A DNA stretch of 64,000 nt from Bdellovibrionota bacterium (GTDB lineage: Bacteria; Bdellovibrionota_C; UBA2361; JAFLCA01): contig JBIKUD010000002.1 of the NCBI GenBank assembly GCA_044347745.1, forward strand, positions 21,764 through 85,763, read 5' to 3'. Positions 1 through 10,089 of this stretch are shown one piece after another. A program made the position numbers and the translations under genes. The notes beneath the pieces are model-generated. The model made no database searches, was not told the DNA's origin, and saw only the letters and a program-made list of their open reading frames with translations. Numbering within the stretch: the first letter of the stretch is position 1; every line of letters starts with the position of its first letter.

Positions 1-1
1 T

Positions 2-817
2 GCTTTTGACAGGGGAGATACTGATATCTCTGTGCTTCATGTTCCCCTCACCCATACTTTTGGAACTAAGGGTGACTCACAAAGGCTTCAAATACGCGCT
101 GCCTTGGGATATTTGAAATCGACAGGTTCAAGCACCGCACTGTATGATCTCTCAGAGCAGCTGGAACTTGAAGACCCCAGCCTTTTCAGCTTCGAGAACC
201 AGCCAGATTTTGAGAACAATGAATCTACCTCTCTTTCCCTTGGACTCGGCCTAGTGCTTGAACCTATTCAAGGATTGCAGATAACACCCGCGCTCGATGC
301 GGTATGGACACATGTAAGGCGTGAATTTGATGCCAACAATTTAGTAAGTAAGCTCGTCGCCACACGTTACGATCGAGACATTTTTAATAATAGCACTGAA
401 GCTATTTCATATTCTCCAAGTTTACTGGTTTCTTACCAAATTCCTGTGACTGACTGGCTTAAATTAAAACCTTCGGTAATGTACACCCACATTTGGTCTG
501 AGGATCTATGGAGCAAAAGCAGATATGGCAGATTCTCCATCGACTCCGGCGTGATTCAAGCGGGAATCGCAGCTACCCTTCCGCTTCCTTTTGAATTGCT
601 AGCAGGCAGTGGTGCTTTTCTTCGCCCTAATTTGCAACTGACTGATCTCCATGGAGCAGTAACCAAATCTGTGGGCACCAACACGTTTGTTGAGTATGGT
701 ATCGAACTTGGAACCTCGCTGCAGGACCAAATTATCTCAGAAATTTCCCTCGGCTTTACTTATGTAAATGCCAAAAATTTTGACGGCAGCAGACTGAGTC
801 TTGCAATTGAGTGGTGA
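2..817 (+). CDS. Outer-membrane autotransporter-like beta-barrel protein, 5'-truncated by the window edge
   Basis: Frame is open back to position 2; alternating hydrophobic beta-strand pattern; C-terminal aromatic barrel signature (RLSLAIEW). Confidence 0.6.
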   Translation, partial: AFDRGDTDISVLHVPLTHTFGTKGDSQRLQIRAALGYLKSTGSSTALYDLSEQLELEDPSLFSFENQPDFENNESTSLSLGLGLVLEPIQGLQITPALDAVWTHVRREFDANNLVSKLVATRYDRDIFNNSTEAISYSPSLLVSYQIPVTDWLKLKPSVMYTHIWSEDLWSKSRYGRFSIDSGVIQAGIAATLPLPFELLAGSGAFLRPNLQLTDLHGAVTKSVGTNTFVEYGIELGTSLQDQIISEISLGFTYVNAKNFDGSRLSLAIEW

Positions 818-928
818 CCGTCGGCTGTAATATAAAGCCCCATCTCTTATCAATCTGGTTGATAACCTGAGCGTCCAGCGTTCTTCCTGTGCTTGTGAAA
901 ACGAGTTTAACGGGCAATCATACTCCCG

Positions 929-2611
929 ATGTTGAACTCTAGATCTGCAGAAATGCCGCCATCCCTACGTCTCCTCGCGCTACTCCTCTGCGCCGCCGTT
1001 TTACTACGTGGCAGCCTGCTTGAACATTCCGAGCTCATAGATCCCACAGAAACCCGTTACGCTAGCGTAGCACAAGAGATGATACTCACAGATAACTGGC
1101 TTACACCTCAACTTCCTATGCCTGAAGGGGTGGTTCCCTATATGGGCAAGCCCCCACTACACTTTTGGCTTACGGCATCTGCATATAAGATTTTTCGAGT
1201 CGAAGAATGGACAGCTCGTCTGCCAAGCTGGTTAGGTAGCGTGGTCATTTTGGCGGTTATTTGGTGTTTTGCTCGGCGCTATTTTGACTCCGCGATGGGA
1301 CTGTCTGCCGGATTGGTGGCATTTAGTTCAGTTATGTTTTTTTTCCTTGCCGGAGCCAGTGTTACCGACGTAACTCTTACCGCTCTCGTCTCACTCGCTA
1401 CCTACTCCCTCTATGTCTTCGCTAGTTCCGACAACCCCACAAAAAAATGGGCCTGGGCCAGTGCTGCATGTATAGCCTTGGCTTTTCTTACCAAGGGTCC
1501 AGTCGCTATCGTGTTGTCGTGGCTTCCCGTGCTGCTTTGGAGTCTCCTTTTCAAAAAATTTGCTTGGCTCAAGAAAGTTCCTTGGTTTACCGCAAGCATC
1601 CTTTTTGTTGCCATTACTTTGCCCTGGTTCCTTGAAAATGAGAAAGCTCAACCAGGGTCTCTTTGGTACTTTTTTTGGAATGAGAACATAGGCCGTTATC
1701 TCTTTAAAGAATATGGGGACAAATACGGAATTGGGCATGTGCGACCATATGGCACATCTTGGCTCATGCTCTTGGTTGCGTTTTTGCCCTGGTCAATTAT
1801 TCTCATCCGTCATTGGTACAAAGTAGGAACAGCGGAACTCAAAAAAACGGTATACTCCAACCCGCACTTATGTTTCTGCCTTGTGTGGGGCCTCAGCGCA
1901 GCTTTGTTCTTTACTTTTGTTCGCCAGCTACACGCCATGTACTTACTGCCGGCTGTTCCGGGTCTTGCTCTCTCCACAGCAGTATTGCTGCGACACTTTG
2001 AGTCTGACGCTGCAACTCACGCAGGTGTGACGCAGCGATCCAAGGTGCCCTTGGTACTGGCATGTTTTCTATTTGGCGCTCATTATCTTGGTTTTTATTT
2101 GGACGGATCCATTTGGCTTCTCATATACGGCTTATTAGTTAGTGTCTTTGGGTGTCTCCTACTTTCCCGCATAATGCATGCCAATTCTGAGCATAAACTC
2201 ATCGCAGCACTCTCCCTCGGTGCTTTTCTCCTATACTTCGCAGCCATCATGGGAGTAACTCCGTTTACAGATCAACTTCGCTCGACTTCTCGCCTCCTCG
2301 AATTAATAGCGGAAGACAGCAAAGAGGACCCCCGCGTACCGCTTGTTGGTATGATGAGTAAAAATGGATTTTCCATGTATTGGGGATCCAGAGCATGGAA
2401 AAATGAATTATCCAGCGAAATAAAGGTGGACTACGTAGAACCAAATGAAATTCCAGCCGAAATGACTTATCTGATCTTAAGAAAAGAGCACATCAAATTT
2501 CTAATGGAAAAAGAGAAAGCCGACTTTAAATTAGAAATTAAGCGTGGCAGCTGGTACCTATTTAAACGGCATGTATCACCAGCACCCGGCGAGCCCCCAA
2601 AAACATCCTAG
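929..2611 (+). CDS. ArnT/GT83-like (GT-C fold) polyprenyl-sugar glycosyltransferase
   Basis: Motifs ETRYASVAQEM, KPPLHFW, ARLPS, LTKGPV; many TM segments. Confidence 0.85.
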   Translation: MLNSRSAEMPPSLRLLALLLCAAVLLRGSLLEHSELIDPTETRYASVAQEMILTDNWLTPQLPMPEGVVPYMGKPPLHFWLTASAYKIFRVEEWTARLPSWLGSVVILAVIWCFARRYFDSAMGLSAGLVAFSSVMFFFLAGASVTDVTLTALVSLATYSLYVFASSDNPTKKWAWASAACIALAFLTKGPVAIVLSWLPVLLWSLLFKKFAWLKKVPWFTASILFVAITLPWFLENEKAQPGSLWYFFWNENIGRYLFKEYGDKYGIGHVRPYGTSWLMLLVAFLPWSIILIRHWYKVGTAELKKTVYSNPHLCFCLVWGLSAALFFTFVRQLHAMYLLPAVPGLALSTAVLLRHFESDAATHAGVTQRSKVPLVLACFLFGAHYLGFYLDGSIWLLIYGLLVSVFGCLLLSRIMHANSEHKLIAALSLGAFLLYFAAIMGVTPFTDQLRSTSRLLELIAEDSKEDPRVPLVGMMSKNGFSMYWGSRAWKNELSSEIKVDYVEPNEIPAEMTYLILRKEHIKFLMEKEKADFKLEIKRGSWYLFKRHVSPAPGEPPKTS

Positions 2612-2614
2612 TTT

Positions 2615-3754
2615 TTATCCATCACGAGTGGGGATACGTTCGTTCACCAATATAGGCTCGACTAGTCCAACCATGGAGTGATACGTAAGCACTTTTGTCA
2701 GTACAGCCGGACTAACCACAAACCCCTTGCGTAAAAGTAATTTGCCGTTTTTGTCTTTAACATCTGATAATAATCGGTGTCCGGGGCAAAGTTCTCGAAC
2801 CTTCACCGGAAAACCTTGCGGTTCGAGTATGCCCGAACCCATAGGTTCCTGCGCAAGCCGATCAAGATGCTCAAGCAACTTCAATTCCTCTTGGTTACAA
2901 GCTGACCGTTCAGCAGAACCTAAGTTATAGACCAACGCCTCATCGGGATGTGCATCAAATATTTTGGCCGCAAGTCCAAACAAAGCTACCTGTTCACGCA
3001 TCGCCTCATCACTGGCTGATGTACCCTGATGCCAAAATTCAAGTATCTGCGACAATCGCTCGAACCGAGGAATTACTTTAAGAAGTCTGACTGTCGTATC
3101 GACAGAGCCATTCAAAGAATGCTCCTCAAGGTCGCTTAATTTTTGCCCTTGCGAAATCTTGAGTAACACTTCAAGCGGCAACGCAAGTCGACCGACACCC
3201 TGCAGCAATGCAGCCAATTCAAGCTCAACCGTTGATATCTGCAATTTCGTTCCGATTTCACGAAGAATCTGACGCATTCGAGCCGCACGAGCGATCCCGT
3301 CTGGATCTACAAATGTCAGTAAATCGTTAAGTAAACGAATGACCCCACCAAGAGTATTCTGCAAAAGATCCCGCTCATGTGCGAGCAGGGCTTTTCGTTC
3401 AACACCATCCTTTACCGCATTTTCAAGGGTCTCTATTGAGCAGGGTTTTGCGAGAAAGCGAAAAAACTGCCCCTCATTAATAGCTCGGGCAGCGGTTTTC
3501 TGGTCAGCCAAACCTGTTAACATGATTCGAGTGGTATCGGGTGAAAGCTTTGAAATCTCGCGCAACAACTCAACCCCTTGCACACCAGGCATGTGCATAT
3601 CAGAAACGACAACCGCCGGAGTTGGACCCGCTTTGAGGAGTGAAATAGCTTGACTCGCGCTGGTAGCAACCGCCACATCGTAAGAACTCGATAGTTTCCT
3701 TTTGAAGGCAGCTACTACATTGGGTTCATCGTCAACTAACAACACTCGTTCCAT
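2615..3754 (-). CDS. Response regulator: REC plus degenerate HD-like output domain
   Basis: VLLVDDE...VSDMHMP...MLTG...FLAKP receiver; LELAALL HD-like helix lacking the HD pair. Confidence 0.8.
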   Translation of the reverse strand: MERVLLVDDEPNVVAAFKRKLSSSYDVAVATSASQAISLLKAGPTPAVVVSDMHMPGVQGVELLREISKLSPDTTRIMLTGLADQKTAARAINEGQFFRFLAKPCSIETLENAVKDGVERKALLAHERDLLQNTLGGVIRLLNDLLTFVDPDGIARAARMRQILREIGTKLQISTVELELAALLQGVGRLALPLEVLLKISQGQKLSDLEEHSLNGSVDTTVRLLKVIPRFERLSQILEFWHQGTSASDEAMREQVALFGLAAKIFDAHPDEALVYNLGSAERSACNQEELKLLEHLDRLAQEPMGSGILEPQGFPVKVRELCPGHRLLSDVKDKNGKLLLRKGFVVSPAVLTKVLTYHSMVGLVEPILVNERIPTRDG

Positions 3755-3766
3755 GAGCTATTTAAA

Positions 3767-3783
3767 TGCAAAGGCCATACCAA
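3767..3783 (-). promoter_or_regulatory. sigma54 -24/-12 promoter for the 3754 gene
   Basis: Minus strand TTGGTATGGCCTTTGCA = GG-N10-GC; a sigma54 activator is encoded next door. Confidence 0.6.
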
Positions 3784-3834
3784 CTGTGGTCTAAGAGATA
3801 CACCTAGAGACTTGAGGCCCTTTGGAGATTCGAG

Positions 3835-5199
3835 TTACGATTCTGCAGACTGCGGGTGAGAATTTCCACTGCGTTTGAGAACATTATATACGGTCCTCAA
3901 GCTCACCCCCAACATGGCGGCGGCTCTAACCTTATCTCCACTGCATAAATCAAGTGTTTCACGAAAAAGCTGTTCCTCAACATCCTTTAATGTTCGCCCA
4001 GCCAAAGAGGCCCGCTCAGGATTCGCCACAGTTGCTTCAAATTGAGGAAGCTCTAGGTCTTTAACCGCGATAGTGGCTGAATCGGCAAAAGCAACTGCGC
4101 GTTCCAAAACATGCTCAAGCTCACGCACGTTACCCGGCCAGGGATACGCCTTAAGTGACTGCGCAGCCTCGGCAGAAATAACGACATTTTGGTGAGGCGC
4201 AATCTTCTGGAGGTGATAATCGGCAATGGGAAGTATATCGTCGACTCTATCTCGTAAAGCAGGAATTTCAAGCGACAGCACATTTACGCGGTAGAAAAGA
4301 TCACCTCGAAATTTCCCCAGGGACACTGCACCGGCGAGATTGGTATTTGTTGCCGTTATTATTCGGACATCAACCTGTTTGGTCGTTCTCCCGCCAACTC
4401 TACGCACAACTTTATCCTGCAAAAAACTCAGTAATTTGGGCTGCAACTCAAGAGGCAATTCACCTAATTCGTCCAATAAAACAGTGCCTCCATCACATTG
4501 CTCAAATATCCCCACTTTACTGGCACTCGCTCCCGTAAAGGCGCCTTTTTCATGCCCAAACAACTCTGATTCAAGAAGATCTTTGGGAAGTGCCGCACAA
4601 TTTATCGCCAAGAATGGTTTTGCATTTCGTTTGCTCATTGCATGAATTAAGGATGCAATTGCCGTTTTCCCCGTCCCACTCTCGCCAAGCAGCAAAACGG
4701 TGGCATCGAGAGATGCAATCTTCTCGAGTCGCATAAAGAGCCTTTGCATACTGGGGGATCCGGCGATAAAATTCTTATAGGCTGTGCCCACGATTTGTTT
4801 CTGCCGCCCAGAGCCTACCGTTGCCAGATGATACAGGACGCTCGCCCGAGCAGTTAAATTGAGTAAATCCTCAGCAAGCCAATTCGGGGCTAATACCCAA
4901 AAGAGCTTCTCTTGACTGAGTTTTATCAGATCCCCTAAATGTGCATGAGAAGCACACACAATAATTTGCACTCGTGTCGCCATCCGGTGGATCTCTGAGG
5001 CTAGTCGTAATTGGGTTTCGATGCCAAGATCCGCACAGAGAACAACACACTCAAGCCCGTCCAAGATAAGGGTTTGGATACCCGCGATACTGTCGCGAGC
5101 CAGCGAAGAATATCCAGCCCCTTTTAACAGAGATTCAATATGAGTCCGCTCTTCATTCGCCAGCCCAACTACGAGTATTTCGTACGTATTCATGCACAT
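3835..5199 (-). CDS. NtrC-family sigma54 enhancer-binding protein with degenerate receiver
   Basis: Walker A GESGTGKT, ESELFGHEKGAFTGA, LLDELGE, WPGNVREL, Fis-type HTH. Confidence 0.93.
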   Translation of the reverse strand: MCMNTYEILVVGLANEERTHIESLLKGAGYSSLARDSIAGIQTLILDGLECVVLCADLGIETQLRLASEIHRMATRVQIIVCASHAHLGDLIKLSQEKLFWVLAPNWLAEDLLNLTARASVLYHLATVGSGRQKQIVGTAYKNFIAGSPSMQRLFMRLEKIASLDATVLLLGESGTGKTAIASLIHAMSKRNAKPFLAINCAALPKDLLESELFGHEKGAFTGASASKVGIFEQCDGGTVLLDELGELPLELQPKLLSFLQDKVVRRVGGRTTKQVDVRIITATNTNLAGAVSLGKFRGDLFYRVNVLSLEIPALRDRVDDILPIADYHLQKIAPHQNVVISAEAAQSLKAYPWPGNVRELEHVLERAVAFADSATIAVKDLELPQFEATVANPERASLAGRTLKDVEEQLFRETLDLCSGDKVRAAAMLGVSLRTVYNVLKRSGNSHPQSAES

Positions 5200-5223
5200 T
5201 TTGCTCCGATGATTGTAAATTTT

Positions 5224-5250
5224 ACATCGACCAACCTCAGTATTTCTTGA
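5224..5250 (-). promoter_or_regulatory. Possible sigma28 (FliA)-type promoter for the NtrC-family gene
   Basis: Minus strand TCAA-N15-GTCGATGT vs consensus TAAA-N15-GCCGATAA. Confidence 0.35.
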
Positions 5251-5362
5251 GGTACTGAAAATACGACCGCAAAAATAAGACTTTTTCTGATCTCATTTGC
5301 TTATTTTTCAATTTAAGTCGAATCAAACGCCAAAAAACCACCAGTACGATTGCAATTTTTTC

Positions 5363-5378
5363 TGGCCCCCTTTTTGCT
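5363..5378 (+). promoter_or_regulatory. sigma54 -24/-12 promoter for the chemosensory operon
   Basis: TGGCCCCCTTTTTGCT = GG-N10-GC, ending 13 nt before ATG 5392. Confidence 0.55.
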
Positions 5379-5391
5379 CTGTTTACTCCAC

Positions 5392-6441
5392 ATGAGTCTA
5401 ACTGGAGCTACGCAGCAACATCAGCGAATCTTACTAGTTGATGATGACGTGCATATTGTCGAAGCTCTGAAGCGACGATTGGGCCAATTACCAGCTCATC
5501 CTCTGGTAACCGCAGCTACCTCCGCAAAAGAAGCCATTCACATTTCCAAACAATTTCCCTTTGACCTCATTATCTCTGATTTACGCATGCCCGAGATGGA
5601 CGGCATCAGCCTGCTAAAACAGATGCGGAGATCACAACCCCTCGCTATTCGAACTATTCTTTCAGGGCAAGCGAATACAGAGCAGGTCATGACCGCACTC
5701 CCCATCGCTCATGGCTACTTAGAGAAGCCATGCCCGTCCGCCGAGATTGGCCGACTCCTGAATGGAGCCCACACAATAAACTGCCTACAACTCCCCCCTG
5801 CCCTTCTTCGTACGTTAATGAGTCTGACCGCTTTACCATCAGATATTGATGGCATTCGTCAATCTCGGGCCAATTTAAAGGAGAAGGTCACCTCGGGCGC
5901 TGAACAATCGAGGTTGTTACCGTTCGATTTAGGACTTCAAATCGCCACCTACCGCTCTCATGCTATTGCTGATGGGCGGGGGAACAAACGCAAGCCCCTT
6001 CACACCAGCGATATTTCAGATACGGTACTCGATCTACTTATTCACTATTGGCTGCTTGCCCCAATTCGAGAAGATAAAGAGCTGCTAAGTGCACTTCGAT
6101 GTTTATCAATAAAAACAGAGCTGTTGAGGAGAAATTTACTCTCACTTGGCCAATTTGAATATCCAGACCTGATAGCGATGACTGCTTACCAAGGCGAGCT
6201 CGCCATCCTCGCAGCAGTAGGCGGTGACCCCCGTACCATCGGCAGGTTTCTTAGCTACAGGGTTCAGGCAAGCAGCTTGTTCTCAATTCTCTGGGATCTC
6301 CCTCATAGCAACACCTGCCCAACAGTTCTAGAACTTCAGAAAAAAATAGATTCGATATTTGATTACCAAGCAGCTTCTGAACAATCGCCAGATGAACTTC
6401 TTAACTTACTTCAAGAGGTAATATGTTCGAACAATTTGTAA
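5392..6441 (+). CDS. Response regulator: REC plus degenerate HDOD-like domain
   Basis: ILLVDDD...ISDLRMPEMDG...ILSG...YLEKPC; LTALPS and LWDLP HDOD remnants; ATG 5392 preferred over TTG 5350. Confidence 0.75.
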   Translation: MSLTGATQQHQRILLVDDDVHIVEALKRRLGQLPAHPLVTAATSAKEAIHISKQFPFDLIISDLRMPEMDGISLLKQMRRSQPLAIRTILSGQANTEQVMTALPIAHGYLEKPCPSAEIGRLLNGAHTINCLQLPPALLRTLMSLTALPSDIDGIRQSRANLKEKVTSGAEQSRLLPFDLGLQIATYRSHAIADGRGNKRKPLHTSDISDTVLDLLIHYWLLAPIREDKELLSALRCLSIKTELLRRNLLSLGQFEYPDLIAMTAYQGELAILAAVGGDPRTIGRFLSYRVQASSLFSILWDLPHSNTCPTVLELQKKIDSIFDYQAASEQSPDELLNLLQEVICSNNL

Positions 6442-8142
6442 ATCGCCTCGGGATGCTGAAAAAGATGCTGCTTTTAATTGTCACCTTTACTGTGCCATTT
6501 TTTGCAAGCGTCTGGCTCGCGATACTCCCTGCTATCGATGATATAAAAATCGCGGCAGAAGAACTAAAAGGCCTCTCGAAGGCACAAGAATTATACCGAT
6601 CACTCTTTAATGAAGTTCCTTCCGGTGACATTAGGCCAGTTCTGAATGAGCTACATGAAATTACGGATGACTATGGACTCTCCACTGACCCATCTCTTGA
6701 CTCGTATCACCTAATTATGATCGTAACATACGTAGTGCCAAATTTGGCTGAAACCATTCACAGCGAGCGAGCAAATCTTGATAAGTCTGTGACGGACCAG
6801 CAACGCGCCCTCGTATCTTTCCTGTTAAATGAAGCCGATTCGTACCTTAACGATGCGTACACGTTCAATAGGAACGAGGCCCAACAGACCTCAGTAGGTC
6901 TACTGCTAAAAAACCTGGACGCCGTGAAAGCTACGATAACTTCATATTTTGAGGATAAAAAACAGATCGAAAGTAGTTGGCAAGCACTTAAAGACCTAAC
7001 TTTGCGTTCTATAGCGGAGACCAAAACAGCGATTAGCAACCGACACAAGCAACACGTGAACGACGCGAAGCAATCTGCGATATTGTTTTCTCTCGCCATG
7101 CTCTCCTTTGGCTTCTTTGCTTGGATTATCACTCATACTGTTTCTAAAAGATTACGTGCCCTTAGTCAGGTAGCTAAACGTGCCGGTAGTGCCAAAGACC
7201 TGTCTATCTTATCGAATGACGCAAGCGAAGATGAAATTGGGGTAGTGGCTCTTTCTTTTAATGAGCTCATCAGCACACTACGGACCATATTGCATAACAT
7301 CAAGCACAGCGGCTCCTTGGTTAGCAATTCATCAGCTGAAATCGCAGCTGTCTCTCGCCAGCAGCAAGCCACCACTGCACAAATTGCTGCAACAACAACA
7401 CAGATAGAAGCAACTTCAAAACATATTGCCGCAACATCTGGGGAGCTTGCTGCTAACATGCGAAACATTCAGCACATTACAGAGCAAACCTCCAGTAGAG
7501 CCACTGATGGGCAAGAGAATCTCGAAAAAAATGCGGGCCACCGTCCATGGAATTACCACAGCAGTTGAGGGAATCTCGCAAAAGTTAGCTGCGCTGAACC
7601 AACAAGCAGCTTCGATTGGCGGCGTCGTGGTTACCATAGCTAAAGTTGCGGACCAGACAAATCTTCTGAGTCTCAACGCTGCAATAGAAGCTGAAAAAGC
7701 CGGAGAATACGGGCATGGCTTCGCTGTGGTAGCCAGAGAAATTCGCCGTCTGGCTGATCAAACCGGTGCTTCAACTACCGACATAGAAAAAATGGTACGT
7801 GAAATACAGGGGGGCGTGAGCGCAGGAGTGATGGCAATGGAGAAATTTGCCCACGAAGTGCAACGTGGGGCCTCCGAAATTGAGGACTCAAGTGGCGTCT
7901 TCTCCGAAATTATTCAGCAGATTCATGCACTCACCCCAACGTTTGTAACGGTCAGCGAGGGGATGGACCTACAGGCAAAAAGCGCACTTCAGATCACCGA
8001 AAGCCTGGGCCAATTGAGCTCGGCGGCGCGGCAAACAGCCGATTCTCTTGCGCAGTCGAACCAATCGATTGAGCAACTTCATCAAGCGACGCTTCTTATG
8101 CAGGGAGAGGTAGATAAATTTAAAGTCGACGGAGTCCAGTAA
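6423..8142 (+). pseudogene. Methyl-accepting chemotaxis protein (WspA-like), split by one extra A in an A7 run at 7525-7531
   Basis: ORF 6423-7568 has TM-sensor-TM-HAMP (SEDEIGVVALSFN); ORF ending 8142 has the signalling tip [34 protein letters not shown]; deleting one A joins them ([10 protein letters not shown]). Confidence 0.85.
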
Positions 8143-8525
8143 TGAAAGCTCTGATTATCAAACACGCTGGGGTTAGGTATGCGGTACCATTAGTATCAAT
8201 AGGTGGAATAGCGTCTATTCCCCGGCCTCTCGCAGCAAGCATCGTTGAGGGACACCTTCTACCCTGGGTACAACTTGCATCGGGTCCGAAACAGCTCAAT
8301 GATTTTCTACCTCAAAAGCCACTAGACCTAGGTGCAATAAAGCCTTCTTCAAGACTTTTACACCTGCACGACTGTCCGGAAAAAGTATACCTCATTGAAC
8401 ATGCTGAAGGTGTTGAAGATGTAACGCCTTACAGCGACCCACGTTTTGCACTCGATCCAAAAGGTCAGACTGTCAGTTTCTGGACTCCAGCTCACACCAA
8501 AAATAGCACGGAATTTTATTCATGA
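8142..8525 (+). CDS. Degenerate CheW-like protein (WspB position)
   Basis: N-terminal RYAVPLVSI motif; coupled between MCP and CheR. Confidence 0.55.
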   Translation: MKALIIKHAGVRYAVPLVSIGGIASIPRPLAASIVEGHLLPWVQLASGPKQLNDFLPQKPLDLGAIKPSSRLLHLHDCPEKVYLIEHAEGVEDVTPYSDPRFALDPKGQTVSFWTPAHTKNSTEFYS

Positions 8526-9622
8526 GCTCGCACTGCGCACAAACCTCGGTAATTGAAGCCATCGTTAAATACACTGGCAACAAGTGCGATGAAATTGGTT
8601 GCGCCCGACTTACAGCCATCGAGCAGCGACGAGCGAAAGAGCAAGGGCTCACTCTCGATGCCTATGCGAAACTTGTTCTACAAAACCCTAGCGAACTCCA
8701 TTTACTTGCTGAGGAATACCTCGTGGTTGAATCTTGGCTATGGCGCGAAATAGAACCAATCAAAGCGGCGCTAACGGAGCTGCAAAAAACTTGTTCGCAA
8801 CTTCGAGTTCTATCCATACCATGTGCAAGAGGCGAAGAGGCCATCACCACTTTGGCTTTAGCTCTCAGCATCGGATTCTCCTTGGAGAACCTTAGCGTGG
8901 AGGGCTACGATCGCTCATCAATCGCGCTCAGAACCGCAAAATCCGGACGACTTATCAAATCTGCTGTTCGTGGGGACTTTCCAATGTATTTGTCACCTCT
9001 CGTTGAGATGGTAGACTCGGAATACCGTTATACGGAGAAGGCAAAAAATCGCTGCCTCTTCCAGAAGGCAAATATTCTTAGCCCGCATTGGATACCAATT
9101 CAGCAGCAGTATGACCTCATTTTATGCCGTAATCTGCTCATCTACCTTGATAAAGCGTCGCAAAACAATCTTCTAACTAAACTAAAGGGCCTACTCTCCC
9201 CACATGGTCATCTAATTCTAGCGACCGCTGAAATGCCGCTCCTATCCAATCTGAATAGTCTACCCCACTTTGTACATCCGGAAATAAAAAAGCATAAAGG
9301 AGATAAGAAGAAAAGCGCTAGAGGCCTTAGTTCCTCAGACAACAAAAAACCTGCCCGTGTGGCGAAAGAGTCGACACATTCAGCTACGACGAATACATCA
9401 AGCGTCACCTGTGAAGATGCCTGCGAACAGCTCCTTAGGTACCTAGATGAAAATCCCCAGTCTGGGCGTGCAATGTCAGAACTTGGCTTTCTCCTCTCTT
9501 CGTTGAACAAAACTGAGCTAGCGATTCTCGCACTTGAACGCGCGCTTACGCTTGATGGTTCCTTAGAGGAGGCACGGATCCTAGTTGAAACCTTGAAACA
9601 AGCCGCAAGGAATGAACTATGA
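8522..9622 (+). CDS. cheR: CheR methyltransferase with C-terminal TPR (WspC-like)
   Basis: LRVLSIPCARGEE, YDLILCRNLLIY; C-terminal TPR-like helices. Confidence 0.88.
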   Translation: MSSHCAQTSVIEAIVKYTGNKCDEIGCARLTAIEQRRAKEQGLTLDAYAKLVLQNPSELHLLAEEYLVVESWLWREIEPIKAALTELQKTCSQLRVLSIPCARGEEAITTLALALSIGFSLENLSVEGYDRSSIALRTAKSGRLIKSAVRGDFPMYLSPLVEMVDSEYRYTEKAKNRCLFQKANILSPHWIPIQQQYDLILCRNLLIYLDKASQNNLLTKLKGLLSPHGHLILATAEMPLLSNLNSLPHFVHPEIKKHKGDKKKSARGLSSSDNKKPARVAKESTHSATTNTSSVTCEDACEQLLRYLDENPQSGRAMSELGFLLSSLNKTELAILALERALTLDGSLEEARILVETLKQAARNEL

Positions 9623-10089
9623 CGGGCATAAACGAACCGATTACACCTTCCCAGCTTCATTTGTTTGATGAAGTAAAACTTGAGCCTGTCAGTACACAAA
9701 ACTTCTCGAAGTCATGTCAATTTATTGCTATTGAACTTGGCGACAATACATATGCAATAGAAACAAGCAGTATCGATTCGATTGCTCCCTATAAGCAGCC
9801 CCATCCTGTTGCTTTTCTCATGAATTCCCGGATTGATGGCTTCTTATCTTACCGTGGTGTACCCGTACCCCATGTGTTCCTCTCGCAAATTCAGGATGGT
9901 ACCGCACAGGCCGATAAACTGACACGCACAATCTACTTTTCCTACAAAGGGGCGATTTCTGCACTCTCGGTTACCAAGGTCTTAGGTACGATTGAGTTAC
10001 CAGTGCCAGCACCGGGTGGCGCGGAATTAACTACCTACGGCGCACTAAAACGACTTTCCATCGCCAAGATTCTAGGAGATGAGGTATGA
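9619..10089 (+). CDS. cheW: CheW-like protein (WspD position)
   Basis: ELGDNTYAIET, PHPV, GFLSYRG CheW motifs. Confidence 0.7.
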   Translation: MTGINEPITPSQLHLFDEVKLEPVSTQNFSKSCQFIAIELGDNTYAIETSSIDSIAPYKQPHPVAFLMNSRIDGFLSYRGVPVPHVFLSQIQDGTAQADKLTRTIYFSYKGAISALSVTKVLGTIELPVPAPGGAELTTYGALKRLSIAKILGDEV

